Positions 47,597-56,304 of a stretch of DNA of 64,000 bases are shown here, one piece after another. Origin of the DNA: an uncultured Lachnospiraceae bacterium (GTDB lineage Bacteria; Bacillota; Clostridia; Lachnospirales; Lachnospiraceae). The stretch lies in assembly GCA_910585295.1 (NCBI GenBank), contig CAJUDE010000003.1, positions 2,321-66,320 on the forward strand, in the 5' to 3' direction. Within the stretch, counting starts at the first letter, position 1, and every line of letters begins with the position of its first letter. The position numbers and the translations under genes were made by a program. The notes beneath the pieces are model-generated. The model was not told where the DNA came from. It saw only the letters and a list, made by a program, of their open reading frames with translations, and made no database searches.

Positions 47597-49732
47597 ATGG
47601 AGAAAATTGGAAATGTTTTGCTGGATACTTCATGTTATCCAGGAGAAGACCTTTACAGTGATGGAGCCATTGAAGACAGGATTTTAGGCCTGGTGGGCAA
47701 ATACCCGCCAGGGCAATATAACCAGGTAATTGCTAAGGAGCAGGATTGGGCGGTGATGTACCATCTTGCAAAGGAGAGGGAGTATATATTAAGCTGGTAC
47801 CCATTTGAAGAAGGGGCCAAAATATTGGAAATTGGCTCCGGCTGCGGGGCGGTCACCGGGGCTGTGGCAGCTAAGGCGAAGTCCGTCACCTGCATTGACC
47901 TTTCCCACAAACGAAGCACAATTAATGCAGTGCGGAATAAAGGCAGGGACAACCTGAAAATTTGTGTGGGGAATTTCCAGGATATTGAAAAAGGGCTGGA
48001 CCAAGACTTTGATTACGCCACATTAATTGGTGTTTTTGAATATGGGAAAGGCTATATTGGCGGCGAAAAGCCATACCATGGGTTTTTGGATTCAATTATG
48101 GGGCATCTTAAGCCTGGCGGGAAGCTTTTGATAGCAATTGAAAATAAGTTTGGGTTAAAATATTGGGCGGGATGCACAGAAGACCATGTGGGGGCTTTCT
48201 TTGAAGGTTTGGAAGGGTATCCAGGTACCGAAGGGGTTCGCACATTTACCAAACCAGAATTAATTGAGATTCTGGAAGAATGCGGATATACGGATTACCA
48301 ATTTTATTACCCGTACCCTGATTATAAATTCCCGACAGCAATTTATTCCGATGGGCGCCTGCCCAAGCGGGGGGAGCTGGACAGGAATATTTGTAATTTT
48401 GACCGTAAGCGGTTTGTTTTGATGGATGAGGGGAAGGTATTTGACCAAATACTGGACAATGGCCTGTTTCCGCTGTACTCAAATTCTTTTTTCTTGGAAG
48501 TCACAAAAGAAGGGGGAGGCAAGGAAGCAAAAGGCAATGTTTTGTATACAAAATATTCCAGTGGGCGGGCGCCAGAGTTTGCGCTGCGTACATGCATTAC
48601 AAAGGCTGGGACAGGGATTGCGTTCTCTAAAGTGGCGGAATGCCCTCAGGGGCAGGCCCATATTCAATCCATAGTGAAGAAAATGGAAAAATTACAAGAG
48701 ATTTGGAAGCAAAAAGGGTTGTTCCAGGTAAACAAATGCTGGCTGGAAGATGGGAACGTGTGCTTTGAATATTTGGAAGGCATGACATTGGAAGAGAAGC
48801 TGGACAAATTTGTGGAAAATGGCGAACTGCAAACAGCCGTCCAGTGGATTAAGAAGGCAGCGGGCAGGATAAAAGAGGCTGCGTCTGTCCAAGAGTTTTC
48901 CATGACCCAAGAATTTCAGCAGGTGTTTGGGGATGTGGCTTTTCCCTGGCAGGAGCAGGCGGCAGAAGCGGCAGATATTGACTTGATTTTTTCTAACCTA
49001 TTATTGGCAGGGGATGGGGCATGGCATGTGCTGGATTATGAATGGACTTTTTGCTTCCCGGTCCCAGTGGGGTACTTGGTTTACCGTGCGCTTCATTATT
49101 ACCTTGAGGCGGCGCCAAAAAGAAGAAAATTAAAAGAAGAATTAAATTTATATGAATCCCTTGGGATTACCGAAGAAAAGAAAAAAGTTTATCAGAAGAT
49201 GGAACAGGGTTTCCAGAGCTATATTGCTGGAGGGTATGTGTCTGTTGGGGAACTTTACCATAGGATGGGCAAAAAAGCCATACCGCTGGGGCAAGTCTTG
49301 CAGGAAACGGATAAAAGGCGGGCGCAGGCCTATATTGATTATGGCCAGGGATTTAGTGAAGGCAACTCTTTTTTTATCGAACAGGGATTTGAAGAGGACG
49401 TATCTTATACAGTGTCCCTCCCTGAAGGGGCGGAGGGGGCATGGATTGACCCAGCATTGAGCGCATGTATCTTAAAAGATGTGTCGCTGGTTTGGGAGGG
49501 CGGTTTGCCCGTAAAATATACCACGACTGGGTTTGAAATGGAAAAAAATTGTTATTTATTTGACAATTCTGACCCAAAGATTATAATAGAAGAAATTCCG
49601 GTAGGCAAACACAAGGTTGAAATCTCCTACCGAATCAGCATATTGGAAGGACAGACGGCAAGAATGCTGATGGATAAGGTAAATACCAAAGGACGGATGA
49701 AAAAGAAAGTCCGTGGGCTGATTAGGGGATAA
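47597..49732 (+). CDS. SAM-dependent methyltransferase fused to a kinase-like domain (putative glycan chain terminator)
   Basis: ILEIGSGCG motif I, LKPGGKLLIAIEN; downstream DIDLIFSNLL...VLDYEW kinase-like motif. Confidence 0.7.
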   Translation: MEKIGNVLLDTSCYPGEDLYSDGAIEDRILGLVGKYPPGQYNQVIAKEQDWAVMYHLAKEREYILSWYPFEEGAKILEIGSGCGAVTGAVAAKAKSVTCIDLSHKRSTINAVRNKGRDNLKICVGNFQDIEKGLDQDFDYATLIGVFEYGKGYIGGEKPYHGFLDSIMGHLKPGGKLLIAIENKFGLKYWAGCTEDHVGAFFEGLEGYPGTEGVRTFTKPELIEILEECGYTDYQFYYPYPDYKFPTAIYSDGRLPKRGELDRNICNFDRKRFVLMDEGKVFDQILDNGLFPLYSNSFFLEVTKEGGGKEAKGNVLYTKYSSGRAPEFALRTCITKAGTGIAFSKVAECPQGQAHIQSIVKKMEKLQEIWKQKGLFQVNKCWLEDGNVCFEYLEGMTLEEKLDKFVENGELQTAVQWIKKAAGRIKEAASVQEFSMTQEFQQVFGDVAFPWQEQAAEAADIDLIFSNLLLAGDGAWHVLDYEWTFCFPVPVGYLVYRALHYYLEAAPKRRKLKEELNLYESLGITEEKKKVYQKMEQGFQSYIAGGYVSVGELYHRMGKKAIPLGQVLQETDKRRAQAYIDYGQGFSEGNSFFIEQGFEEDVSYTVSLPEGAEGAWIDPALSACILKDVSLVWEGGLPVKYTTTGFEMEKNCYLFDNSDPKIIIEEIPVGKHKVEISYRISILEGQTARMLMDKVNTKGRMKKKVRGLIRG

Positions 49733-49765
49733 AATAAGGCTTGCGGCTTGGTAAAAGGATAAAAG

Positions 49766-51127
49766 ATGAGAAGAAGAGAACAATATAAACATTTATTGAA
49801 CCTGACTGCAAACTATATGATGCTGGCAACGGAAGGGCTGATGTTTGCATATACCTGGTATATGTTATATTATCCCTTGCTTGCAAAAGAAAACAGGCCA
49901 TGGAACAAAGGGAATTGGGCTGTGATTGGCATTTATGTGCTGATTATGTATTTTTTTACCAGGACTTTGGGGGGCTATAAGATCGGGTACCTGAGGATTA
50001 CGGATGTCTGCCTGTCCCAAATCCTTTCTATTTTCTGCGCGAATGCAGTCGGCTACCTGCAGGTCTGCCTGGTGGCAAATAATTATTTGCCTGTCCATCC
50101 GATGGTGGTGCTGACAGGGGCGGAATACCTTGTGATTTTGCCGGGGGTGTATCTGGTTCGGTTTATTTATACCAGGCTGTACCCGCCTAGGAAAATGCTT
50201 GTGATATATGGGGAGCATTCCCCGGATGAATTGATCCAAAAAATCAATTCCCGCAGGGATAAATATAATGTCTGTGCAACGGCAAGCGTGCATTTGGGCT
50301 ATGAAGAGCTATACCGCAAGGTGTTGGAGTATGAAGCAGTTGTCCTTTGCGACCTGCCTTCCAGCCTGAGGAACCCGATTCTGAAATTTTGTTTTGACCA
50401 AAATAAAAGGACTTATATCACCCCGAAGATTTCAGATATTATCCTGACAGGCACAGAGCGTATCCATCTGTTCGACTCTCCTTTAATGCTGTCCCGCAAC
50501 CGTGGGCTGACAATTGAGCAGCGGTTTGTGAAACGGGCAATGGACATTGTATTGTCGCTGTTGGCTATTTTGGTCTCTTCCCCTATCCTGCTGTTGATTG
50601 GCCTGTGCATTAAACTGTATGATAAGGGGCCTGTGTTTTACACGCAGGAGCGGCTTACCAGGGATGGGGAAGCGTTCCAGATTATCAAGTTCCGCAGCAT
50701 GCGGATGGATTCTGAGAAGGATGGCGCCCAGCTTGCAAGGAAAAATGACGACCGTATCACGCCAATCGGGCGGGTGATCCGCCAGACCCATTTTGACGAG
50801 CTTCCCCAGATATTTAATATATTGAAAGGGGAAATGTCTTTTGTGGGGCCAAGGCCGGAGCGTAAAGGGATTGCCCAGGAATATGAACAGGTGATACCGG
50901 AATTTGGCTTCCGCCTGAAAGTAAAGGCAGGCTTGACGGGGTATGCCCAAATCTATGGAAAATACAACACTACGCCGTATGATAAGTTAAAATTAGATTT
51001 AACTTATATAGAGAATTACTCTTTCTGGCTTGATATTAAGCTAATGCTGATGACATTTAAAATTATTTTCCAGAAGGAAAATACCGAAGGGATTGACAAA
51101 AAGCAACGGACAGCCATTAAGAAATAG
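49766..51127 (+). CDS. Polyprenyl-phosphate glycosylphosphotransferase (initiating sugar transferase)
   Basis: KRAMDI, KFRSM, DELPQIFNILKGEMSFVGPRPER, GLTGYAQ. Confidence 0.92.
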   Translation: MRRREQYKHLLNLTANYMMLATEGLMFAYTWYMLYYPLLAKENRPWNKGNWAVIGIYVLIMYFFTRTLGGYKIGYLRITDVCLSQILSIFCANAVGYLQVCLVANNYLPVHPMVVLTGAEYLVILPGVYLVRFIYTRLYPPRKMLVIYGEHSPDELIQKINSRRDKYNVCATASVHLGYEELYRKVLEYEAVVLCDLPSSLRNPILKFCFDQNKRTYITPKISDIILTGTERIHLFDSPLMLSRNRGLTIEQRFVKRAMDIVLSLLAILVSSPILLLIGLCIKLYDKGPVFYTQERLTRDGEAFQIIKFRSMRMDSEKDGAQLARKNDDRITPIGRVIRQTHFDELPQIFNILKGEMSFVGPRPERKGIAQEYEQVIPEFGFRLKVKAGLTGYAQIYGKYNTTPYDKLKLDLTYIENYSFWLDIKLMLMTFKIIFQKENTEGIDKKQRTAIKK

Positions 51128-51137
51128 GGGACAGGGT

Positions 51138-51896
51138 ATGGATGTGGAGGAAAATTTAATTAGCATTGTTGTTCCAGTGTATAATTCAGAAAAATTTATT
51201 GAAGAGACGGTCCAATGTATTTTAGGGCAGACTTACCAGGAATGGGAGCTTATTTTTGTAGACGATTGTTCCAATGACAGAAGCGTTTCGGTGATACAAG
51301 GCTATCGGGACCCAAGGATGCGGCTGTACCAAAATAGTAAAAATATGGGGCCTGCCTATACCAGGAACCAGGGCATTGCTAAAGCTAGGGGCCGGTATCT
51401 GGCCTATATGGACGCAGACGACCTTTGCGACAGGGATAAATTAGAAAAGCAGATTCACTTTATGCAGAGGACAGGGTGCGCATTTTCCTTTACTGGTTAT
51501 GAATTTGCCGGGGAAGACGGCGTACGGAATGGGAAGGTTGTCCATGTCCCTGCAAAAGTAGGTTATAAATATGCATTAAAGCATACCACAATTTCAACGA
51601 TAACTGTTATGTTTGACCGCAAGCAGATTTCAGACGATGTGCTGTCCATGCCGCTGGACGCCAGGGGGGAGGACACCGCCACCTGGTGGAAAATTTTGCG
51701 GCATGGGTATACGGCTTATGGGATCGACGAGCCATTGTCTGTGTACCGGAGGCATGGCGGGAGCCGTTCCTCGAATAAGCTGGACGCGGCATATGGGACT
51801 TGGAAAATGTACCGTAGGAATGAGGGGCTGGGGTTTTGGAAAAGCTGTTATTACTTCGTAAATTATGTGGCGAATGCGGTGGCAAGGAGGATGTAG
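51138..51896 (+). CDS. Glycosyltransferase family 2 (TuaG-like)
   Basis: ISIVVPVYN, VDDCSND, YMDADD, GEDTATW. Confidence 0.88.
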   Translation: MDVEENLISIVVPVYNSEKFIEETVQCILGQTYQEWELIFVDDCSNDRSVSVIQGYRDPRMRLYQNSKNMGPAYTRNQGIAKARGRYLAYMDADDLCDRDKLEKQIHFMQRTGCAFSFTGYEFAGEDGVRNGKVVHVPAKVGYKYALKHTTISTITVMFDRKQISDDVLSMPLDARGEDTATWWKILRHGYTAYGIDEPLSVYRRHGGSRSSNKLDAAYGTWKMYRRNEGLGFWKSCYYFVNYVANAVARRM

Positions 51897-52065
51897 GGCT
51901 GACGGGGCGCCTTCTTTTATCCGTTGCGGCATGCGGCTTTGCGGTAGGCGTATTATCCCGCCCGAAAGCGGCTTAATCGCCCATCGGCTGCTTTTTGCCG
52001 CGTCCATTTTGGGGCGTACCTTGCCGCCCGGAAACAGTTGAAACCCCAGCCTTTGTAGAAAAGAG

Positions 52066-52095
52066 TTGCAAATGGAAAGGAAAGATGATAAGATA
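52066..52095 (+). promoter_or_regulatory. Possible sigma-A promoter for the second ABC/ulosonate operon
   Basis: TTGCAA-18 bp-TAAGAT with TG extension. Confidence 0.45.
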
Positions 52096-52135
52096 TAGTC
52101 GCTATGAGACGGCTGGATAAAGGAAAATAAAGGAA

Positions 52136-52918
52136 ATGAAAAGATTTATCAATGATATAAAGAAGTATTATAAATTTACAATCTACTCTGCGAAAAGTGA
52201 GTTAAAGTCCGAGATTGCCAATTCGCATTTAAGCTGGCTGTGGTGGATTTTAGACCCATTGCTGTTTATGATGGTATACAGTTTTATTTCGATTATTGTT
52301 TTTTCCAAGAGTGAGCCATATTTCCCCGTATTTGTATTTATCGGGCTGGCAAGCTGGCAGTTTTTTGAAAAAACGGTAAAGGTAAGCGTGAAGCTGGTTT
52401 CCAATAACCGTTCCATTGTGTCAAAAGTGTATTTGCCAAAATATATACTGATATTGCAGAAGATGGGCGTCCAGGGATTTAAAATGATGATTTCTTATAT
52501 CCTTGTAGTGATTATGATGGTAGGGTACCGTATCCATGTGGGGCCAGTTATCCTCTATATCATCCCTATCTTCTTGACATTATTTGTGATTACATTTGGG
52601 TTCAGCACAATCTTAATGCATTTTGGCGTATTTGTGGAAGATTTGTTTAATGTAGTGAATGTGCTGCTGCGGCTGGTGTTTTATTTATCCGGGATATTCT
52701 ATAATATTGTAAAACGCGTGCCAGAGCCATATAATGAGGTTCTGTTAAAAGTGAACCCTGTAGCGTTGATTATGACAGATTTAAGAAGCGTTATGATTTA
52801 TGAAACAATGCCCCATAGGAAGTGGATATTGCTGTGGTTTGTGATAGGCGTCCTTTTGTCTGTGATAGGGGTAAAGACAATCTATAAATATGAGAACAGT
52901 TATGTAAAGGTGATATAG
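52136..52918 (+). CDS. Second glycan ABC exporter permease (TagG/Wzm-like)
   Basis: AKSELKSEIANSHLSWLWWILDPL, FYLSGIFY, NPVALI. Confidence 0.88.
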   Translation: MKRFINDIKKYYKFTIYSAKSELKSEIANSHLSWLWWILDPLLFMMVYSFISIIVFSKSEPYFPVFVFIGLASWQFFEKTVKVSVKLVSNNRSIVSKVYLPKYILILQKMGVQGFKMMISYILVVIMMVGYRIHVGPVILYIIPIFLTLFVITFGFSTILMHFGVFVEDLFNVVNVLLRLVFYLSGIFYNIVKRVPEPYNEVLLKVNPVALIMTDLRSVMIYETMPHRKWILLWFVIGVLLSVIGVKTIYKYENSYVKVI

Positions 52919-52919
52919 G

Positions 52920-53654
52920 ATGTCAGAAATTGAAAATGCAATTGAGGTCAGGGATTTACGAATAAGTTATAAATGTTTGAACAAACTGTCTATTAAGAAA
53001 AGCCTGTTTACATTGAAAAAGTCAAAAGCTGAAGTGTTTGAAGCAGTGCGCGGCGTAAGCTTTAATGTGCCTAAGGGGCAGATTATGGGGATTATTGGGA
53101 AGAATGGAAGTGGGAAATCTACCATGCTTCGGGCGATTGCAGGGATATTTGCGCCGGATTCTGGTTCCATTGACCTCCATGGGTTTTCCGTGTCCCTGTT
53201 GTCTATCGGCGTAGGCTTCCAGAAGAAATTAACAGGCAGGGAAAATATTATCCTTTCTGGTATGCTGCTGGGGTTCTCGGAAGAGCATATCAAAGAGAAG
53301 ATGGACCAAATCATTAAATTTGCAGAGTTAGGGGACTTTATTGACCGTCCGGTCAGGACATATTCCAGCGGCATGTATTCCAAGCTTGCCTTTTCCATTA
53401 CGGCAATCCTGGAAACAGATATTATGTTAATAGACGAAGTGCTAAGCGTTGGGGATGCGAAATTTAAAAAGAAAAGCTATAATAAAATGAAAAAGCTTAT
53501 TACAGATAAAAATAAAACCGTAATCATTGTTTCCCACAGTTCCGAAACATTGCGGAAGCTCTGCGACACGATATTGTGGCTGCACGATGGGGAAGTTAAG
53601 ATGCAGGGGAGCGTTGCAGAAGTGCTGCCCGTTTATGAAGAATTTATGACGTAA
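52920..53654 (+). CDS. Second glycan ABC exporter ATPase (TagH/Wzt-like, no C-terminal domain)
   Basis: GKNGSGKS, YSSGMYSKLAF, DEVLSVGD; only 244 aa. Confidence 0.9.
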   Translation: MSEIENAIEVRDLRISYKCLNKLSIKKSLFTLKKSKAEVFEAVRGVSFNVPKGQIMGIIGKNGSGKSTMLRAIAGIFAPDSGSIDLHGFSVSLLSIGVGFQKKLTGRENIILSGMLLGFSEEHIKEKMDQIIKFAELGDFIDRPVRTYSSGMYSKLAFSITAILETDIMLIDEVLSVGDAKFKKKSYNKMKKLITDKNKTVIIVSHSSETLRKLCDTILWLHDGEVKMQGSVAEVLPVYEEFMT

Positions 53655-53664
53655 GGAAGCTGCT

Positions 53665-54510
53665 ATGGAAAAGCAATCATTACTATTTCGGCTAAAAAGC
53701 ATAAAATTGGTCAGGGTTTTGGCCTTCCCCCCCATCAATGCAATCCGTGGGTTTCGGCTCTTTGCCTACCAGTTTACAAAAGAGGCAGGCAAGGTACGCA
53801 GGCTTAAGGGATCCCATACCGGGGAGAGGTGTTTTATTATTGGGAATGGGCCAAGCCTGAAAGCGGAAGACCTCAGTAAATTAAAAGGGGAATATTGCTT
53901 TGCGGCAAACAGGATTTATAAGATTTTTCCCGAAACAGACTGGAGGCCCCAGAGTTACCTATGCGTGGATTCCTATGTGCTGAATGATATAGCAAAAGAC
54001 GTTGAAAAGTTAAAAGTGCCTTATATTTTCATACAAATGGAGGGCAAAAAGAAACGGCTGAAAAATTCTCAAAGCCAGATAATATATATAAATAATTACT
54101 GCCCATATCTTGTGGACAGGTATAAGAGGTTAAAGGTGAAGTTCAGCAGGGATGTGTCGCACCATTTTGTGGCGGGGGAGACTGTAGTTTATACGGCAAT
54201 CCAGCTTGCCGCCTACATGGGGTTTCGGGAAATCTACTTGTTGGGCGTCGACCATAATTATTCTAAAAAAATGGATGCGAAAGGGAATTTGATTGTGGAC
54301 CCAAGCATTCAAGATTACTTTGGCAGCCTTAAGCCAAATGATTATTCCATACAAAATATTGAGACAAGCACAAATGCTTACAAGACAGCAAGGAGATACT
54401 GTGAGAAGCACGGAATTTTGATAAAGAACCTTACAAATGGCGGCAAGCTGGAGGTATTCCGGCGAGGGGAACTGGATACAGTTTTAAAGTGTCAGAAAGG
54501 AAAGGGATAA
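53665..54510 (+). CDS. DUF115/MAF_flag10-family protein, putative ulosonic-acid transferase
   Basis: RCFIIGNGPSL, ANRIY, QLAAYMGFREIYLLGVDHNY, NLTNGGKLEVF. Confidence 0.75.
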   Translation: MEKQSLLFRLKSIKLVRVLAFPPINAIRGFRLFAYQFTKEAGKVRRLKGSHTGERCFIIGNGPSLKAEDLSKLKGEYCFAANRIYKIFPETDWRPQSYLCVDSYVLNDIAKDVEKLKVPYIFIQMEGKKKRLKNSQSQIIYINNYCPYLVDRYKRLKVKFSRDVSHHFVAGETVVYTAIQLAAYMGFREIYLLGVDHNYSKKMDAKGNLIVDPSIQDYFGSLKPNDYSIQNIETSTNAYKTARRYCEKHGILIKNLTNGGKLEVFRRGELDTVLKCQKGKG

Positions 54511-54514
54511 GAAA

Positions 54515-55165
54515 ATGGGAAAAAAAGTTGTGGCAATTATGCCAATTAAGTTGAAGAATGAACGGTTACCTGGGAAAAATACCAAATTGTTGGGGGGCAA
54601 GCCTTTAATCCAGTATGCTTTGGAGAATTTAGAGCAGGTGGAAGAATTGGATGAAATTTATGTATTTTGCAGCGACCCAGCGATTCAGGAATATTTAACC
54701 CCTAAAGTGAAGTTTTTGCAAAGGGATAAGGTATTGGACGAGCCTACCTCTAATTTCTCCCAAATTTTTGAGAGCTTTATGGGGAAAGTGGACGCAGATG
54801 TGTACCTGTATGCCCATGCGACTGCGCCTTATGTTACGCCGGAGACAATGAGCAAAGTGATTTGCAATGTAACAGAAGGCGGGTATGATTCGTCTTTTAC
54901 AGCAGAGAAGATTCAGGATTTTATGTGGATGGATCAGAAACCTTTGAATTTCGATGCAAAGAATGTGCCGCGGAGCCAGGATATCCCTCCTATTTTTCGG
55001 GAGACCTCAGGGGTGTATGCTTATGAGAAGGGAGTTTTTGAAAAATACCACAGAAGGGTCGGGGTCAACGCATGCCCAGTGGAAGTTTCCATGAAAGAGT
55101 GCGTGGATATTAATGTCCCCAAGGATTTTGAATTGGCGGAACTGCTGCTGAATTATGAGATTTAG
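54515..55165 (+). CDS. Acylneuraminate/ulosonate cytidylyltransferase (NeuA/CMAS-like)
   Basis: MPIKLKNERLPGKNTKLLGGKPLI, HATAPY, PRSQD, DINVPKDF. Confidence 0.85.
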   Translation: MGKKVVAIMPIKLKNERLPGKNTKLLGGKPLIQYALENLEQVEELDEIYVFCSDPAIQEYLTPKVKFLQRDKVLDEPTSNFSQIFESFMGKVDADVYLYAHATAPYVTPETMSKVICNVTEGGYDSSFTAEKIQDFMWMDQKPLNFDAKNVPRSQDIPPIFRETSGVYAYEKGVFEKYHRRVGVNACPVEVSMKECVDINVPKDFELAELLLNYEI

Positions 55166-55216
55166 TGTAACGGTTTTAGAATAACTTGATATAAATTTTT
55201 GAAAAAGGAGAACAAT

Positions 55217-56236
55217 ATGAATACAAATAACATTAGCCTTTTAGATTGCACCCTACGTGATGGCGGTTATATTACGAAGTGGGATTTTGGCGAAGAAGTG
55301 ATTAAGGGCGTAGCCCAGGCGCTGGTGGACGCCAACCTTGAATATGTGGAAGTTGGGTATCTGAATAACAAGCCTTATGAAGAGGGGAGCGCTTTGTTCC
55401 ATGACATTAACCAGATGATTGACTTTATCCCCAAGGACAGGAAGAATTCCACAATCCTGGCAATGGCGGATGTGACCCAGTTCACCAAGGAAGACCTTGT
55501 GCCATTTGACGGGCGTTCCATAGATGGGATACGCGTGGTGTTCTATAAGCATCAGATTGAAGAGGCGTTAGAGTTCTGCAAGGCCGTAAAGGAAAACGGC
55601 TATAAATTATTTGTGCAGCCTATGGTGACCATTGACTATACCATTCAGGAATATACTGCATTGGCTGAGAGGATCCATGAGTTAGAGCCGTTTGCAGTTT
55701 CTATTGTGGACAGCTTTGGTTATATGAATAAAGAAGATTTCCGTAGATATTTTACTATCTTGGACTGCGTGCTGGAAAGGGAGACTGTGATTGGCTTCCA
55801 TTCCCACAACAACATGCAGCTTGCATTTATTACAGCGCAGGATATTATGGATTATAAAACTTCCCGGAATTTGATGATTGACGCTTCTTTGTACGGCATG
55901 GGGCGCGCGGCTGGGAACCTGAATACAGAATTGATTACAAACTACTATAATATGTCATATGAACAGCGGTATGACCAGCATAAGATTATGGAAACAATCA
56001 GCCGGTATATTATGCCGATTGCACAGACTCATAAATGGGGCTATGACCCATACTTGTTCCTGACAGGGCAGCACCATTGCCACCCGAATTTTGCAGTGTA
56101 TTTGCTGGAAGAGCATGAGATTACCGTGGAAGACTTTGAGCGGTATTTGCTGCTGATTCCTGACGAGATGCGTACAAAGTGCAGGAAGCCATATGTATTG
56201 GATTTATACGAGAAATTTATTGCAGAAAATAAATAG
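55217..56236 (+). CDS. DRE-TIM (HMGL-like) metal-dependent aldolase, 4-hydroxy-2-oxovalerate aldolase-like
   Basis: LDCTLRDGG, IVDSFG, GFHSHNNMQL, GMGRAAGNLNTE; RBS AAGGAG before ATG 55217. Confidence 0.82.
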   Translation: MNTNNISLLDCTLRDGGYITKWDFGEEVIKGVAQALVDANLEYVEVGYLNNKPYEEGSALFHDINQMIDFIPKDRKNSTILAMADVTQFTKEDLVPFDGRSIDGIRVVFYKHQIEEALEFCKAVKENGYKLFVQPMVTIDYTIQEYTALAERIHELEPFAVSIVDSFGYMNKEDFRRYFTILDCVLERETVIGFHSHNNMQLAFITAQDIMDYKTSRNLMIDASLYGMGRAAGNLNTELITNYYNMSYEQRYDQHKIMETISRYIMPIAQTHKWGYDPYLFLTGQHHCHPNFAVYLLEEHEITVEDFERYLLLIPDEMRTKCRKPYVLDLYEKFIAENK

Positions 56237-56247
56237 GGAAAACAGCA

Positions 56248-56284
56248 AAGATACGGTTTTGGCAGGAATGTTAAACCGTATCTT
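56248..56284. other. Intra-operon stem-loop
   Basis: AAGATACGGTTT / AAACCGTATCTT 12-bp perfect stem between the aldolase gene and the next gene. Confidence 0.65.
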
Positions 56285-56304
56285 GTTGGATACGAGGGTA
56301 AAAA

